The notes under the pieces were generated by a model, which saw only the letters and a list, made by a program, of their open reading frames with translations, searched no databases and was not told where the DNA came from. This document shows, in pieces, positions 61,941 through 64,000 of a stretch of DNA of 64,000 nt (the stretch's first letter is position 1; each line of letters starts with the position of its first letter). Source of the stretch: the human T2T-CHM13v2.0 reference genome, Homo sapiens; NCBI RefSeq assembly GCF_009914755.1, contig NC_060938.1; one strand, written 5' to 3'. A program made the position numbers and the translations under genes.

Positions 61941-62299
61941 TCTTGGTGCACTGCTGAGACTACAACACTTGGTTTCTTTGAGTTTGACTAAATATTTTAC
62001 ATAGGTGTAATTATACAGTTTTCCTTTTTGACTGTCTTGTTTTACTTAACAGAATGTTTTCGAGATTTGTCCTTATTGTAGTACTTTTCAAGATTTCCTT
62101 ATTTTTAAGGCTGAATGCTATCCAGTGAATATACGTGCCCTGTTTGTTGAATCTACTCATCCTTAAAGGTACATTTGCTTCCAGGTAGTATGTTTGTGAG
62201 TAATGCTACAGTGTACATAAATGTGCATATATCTATTCCATGTTCTGCTTTGCCTGTTTGGGATATTTTTCACACACTGATTTAGTACCATGTGTATTC

Positions 62300-64000
62300 C
62301 CTTGCTTTTGTTGTCTGATTCGTTGATGTTACATCCCCCAAATTATTGCCGAGACCAATTGTCATGAAGCTTCACCCTTCTGTATTGTGCTAGGAATTTT
62401 ACAGCTATAGATTTTACATTATAGTCTTCATATTTTAAAATTGACACATGTAATTGTACAAATTTTGGGGAAACAATTATGTATATATGTTGTATAGCAA
62501 TAAAAATCAGAGTACTTAGTGTAATTATTGCCTCATACATTTGTTATTTTTGTGGTGAGAACATTCAAAAGCTTCTTCTCTAGCTATTTTTTTATATCTT
62601 TATATATTAACTTTTTTTAGAGACAGGATCTTGCTCTAACACACAGATTGGAGTGCAGTGGTGCAATCCTAGCTCACTGTAACCTCAAACAATCTTCTAA
62701 CCTCAGCTTCCCAATTAGCTGAGACTACAGGAACCTGCCTCCATGCCTGGATAATGTTTTAATTTTTCATAGAGACAGGGTCACACTATGTTGTCCAGGC
62801 TCATCTTGAACTTCTGACGTCAAGTGATTCTCCTACCTCATTCTCCCAAAATGTATGGATGGCAGGAATGTGCCACCACAACTGGTCTCTTTTAGCTATT
62901 TTGTAATTTGAGATAACTTTTCATTAATTATTATTATTCTGCTGTGTAACAAAAAACAAAAACTTATTTCTCCTATCTAATTGTAACACAATACTTTTGA
63001 AGCTGCCTTTTCCCATCTCCCTGCTTCAGTCTCTGGGAACCCCTGTTGTACTCTTTGCTTCTATCAACCCTTTTTTTCAGGTTCCTCAAATGAGTGAGAT
63101 AATAAGATCATAAAGTATTTGTGTTTCTCTATGTGGCTTATTTTACTTAACATGGTATGCTCAAGGTTCATCCATGCTCTTTTAACTGACAGAATTTTAT
63201 CCTTTCTTATAGCTGAATAGTATTTCACTGTGCATATATAGTACATTTTCCTTATCCATTTATCTGTTGCTGTACATTTGAATTGATTCCATATATAAGC
63301 TATTATAACTAGTTCTGTAACTAACATGGAAATGCAAATATCTTTTTGACACAGTGATATCCTTTCTTTTGTATATACATGCAGGAGTAAAATTGCTGGA
63401 TCATGTAATACATATATTTTTAATTTCTTTCAGAAACCTCCATAGTATTTTCTATAGTGGCCATACTAATTTACAATTCCACCAACAATGTATACATTCA
63501 CTCATTTTATATCCTCATTAGTACTTGTTTTATTTATTTATTTATTTTTATTATAGCCATTCTAAATGGGAGTGAGGCGGTACCTCATTGTGGTTTGGAT
63601 TTTCATTTCCTTAGTGATTAGTAATGTAGAACATATTTTTATGTTCCAGTTAGCCATTTTTGTATCACTTTTTGACAAACATCTATTAAGATCTTTTGCA
63701 TTTTTTTAATTAGATTATAAGTGTATTTTATTTTGAGATTTTAAAGTTTCTTATTTATTCTGAATATTAGCCTTTTGTCATATGTATAGCCTGAAAGCAT
63801 TTTCTTTTATTGCCTAAGCTGTCTCTTCAATCTTTTAGTTTTTTTAATATGGAAAAGCATTTTAGTTTGACATAATGTTGTTTGCTTATTTTTGATTTTG
63901 TTGCCTATGTTTTGACATGTTATTTTAATAATCCTTTCCCCGTCGAATGTTATAAAGCATTTTTTAGTTTTTCTCTAATAGTTTCATAATTGATAGCATT
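62300..64000 (-). mobile_element. Ancient L1M (L1MA-like) 3' region
   Basis: Antisense L1 motifs (gtggcttattttacttaacat, gctgaatagtatttcactg, aaacctccata, tacctcattgtggttt); ORF 63064..63327 resembles the ORF2 C-terminal/3' region. Confidence 0.8.
62610..62885 (-). mobile_element. Old Alu (AluJ-like)
   Basis: tttttagagacaggatcttgctct...ggagtgcagtggtgcaatc...gagacagggtcacactatgttgtccagg. Confidence 0.85.

Overview
This is human/primate genomic DNA rich in Alu, L1, MaLR and ERV repeats. I find no intact protein-coding gene, rRNA, tRNA or CRISPR array. The window is dominated by a large, old inverted duplication: 1..~21069 is the reverse complement of ~26976..48115, around a ~5.9 kb unique spacer. 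The left arm runs off the window start, so the arms may be much longer. Each arm carries an intron-retaining, internally deleted CLUH pseudogene pointing away from the centre. Arm identity is patchy, with near-identical tracts inside clearly diverged sequence, which suggests arm-to-arm gene conversion. Right of the mirrored part lie a CpG-island promoter with a ZNF91-family KRAB-ZNF-type first exon (no KRAB or zinc-finger exon found downstream in the window), a processed CTDSP2 pseudogene split by a solo LTR12 (ERV9) insertion, and L1/LTR/Alu debris. The geometry (about 6 kb spacer, promoter about 25.5 kb from the axis) matches my recollection of the rDNA distal-junction inverted repeat on human acrocentric short arms. 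That locus assignment is an inference needing alignment. The supplied ORFs are pseudogene fragments, repeat-derived or chance. Repeat families and protein matches are from recall, identities are by eye, and boundaries are approximate.
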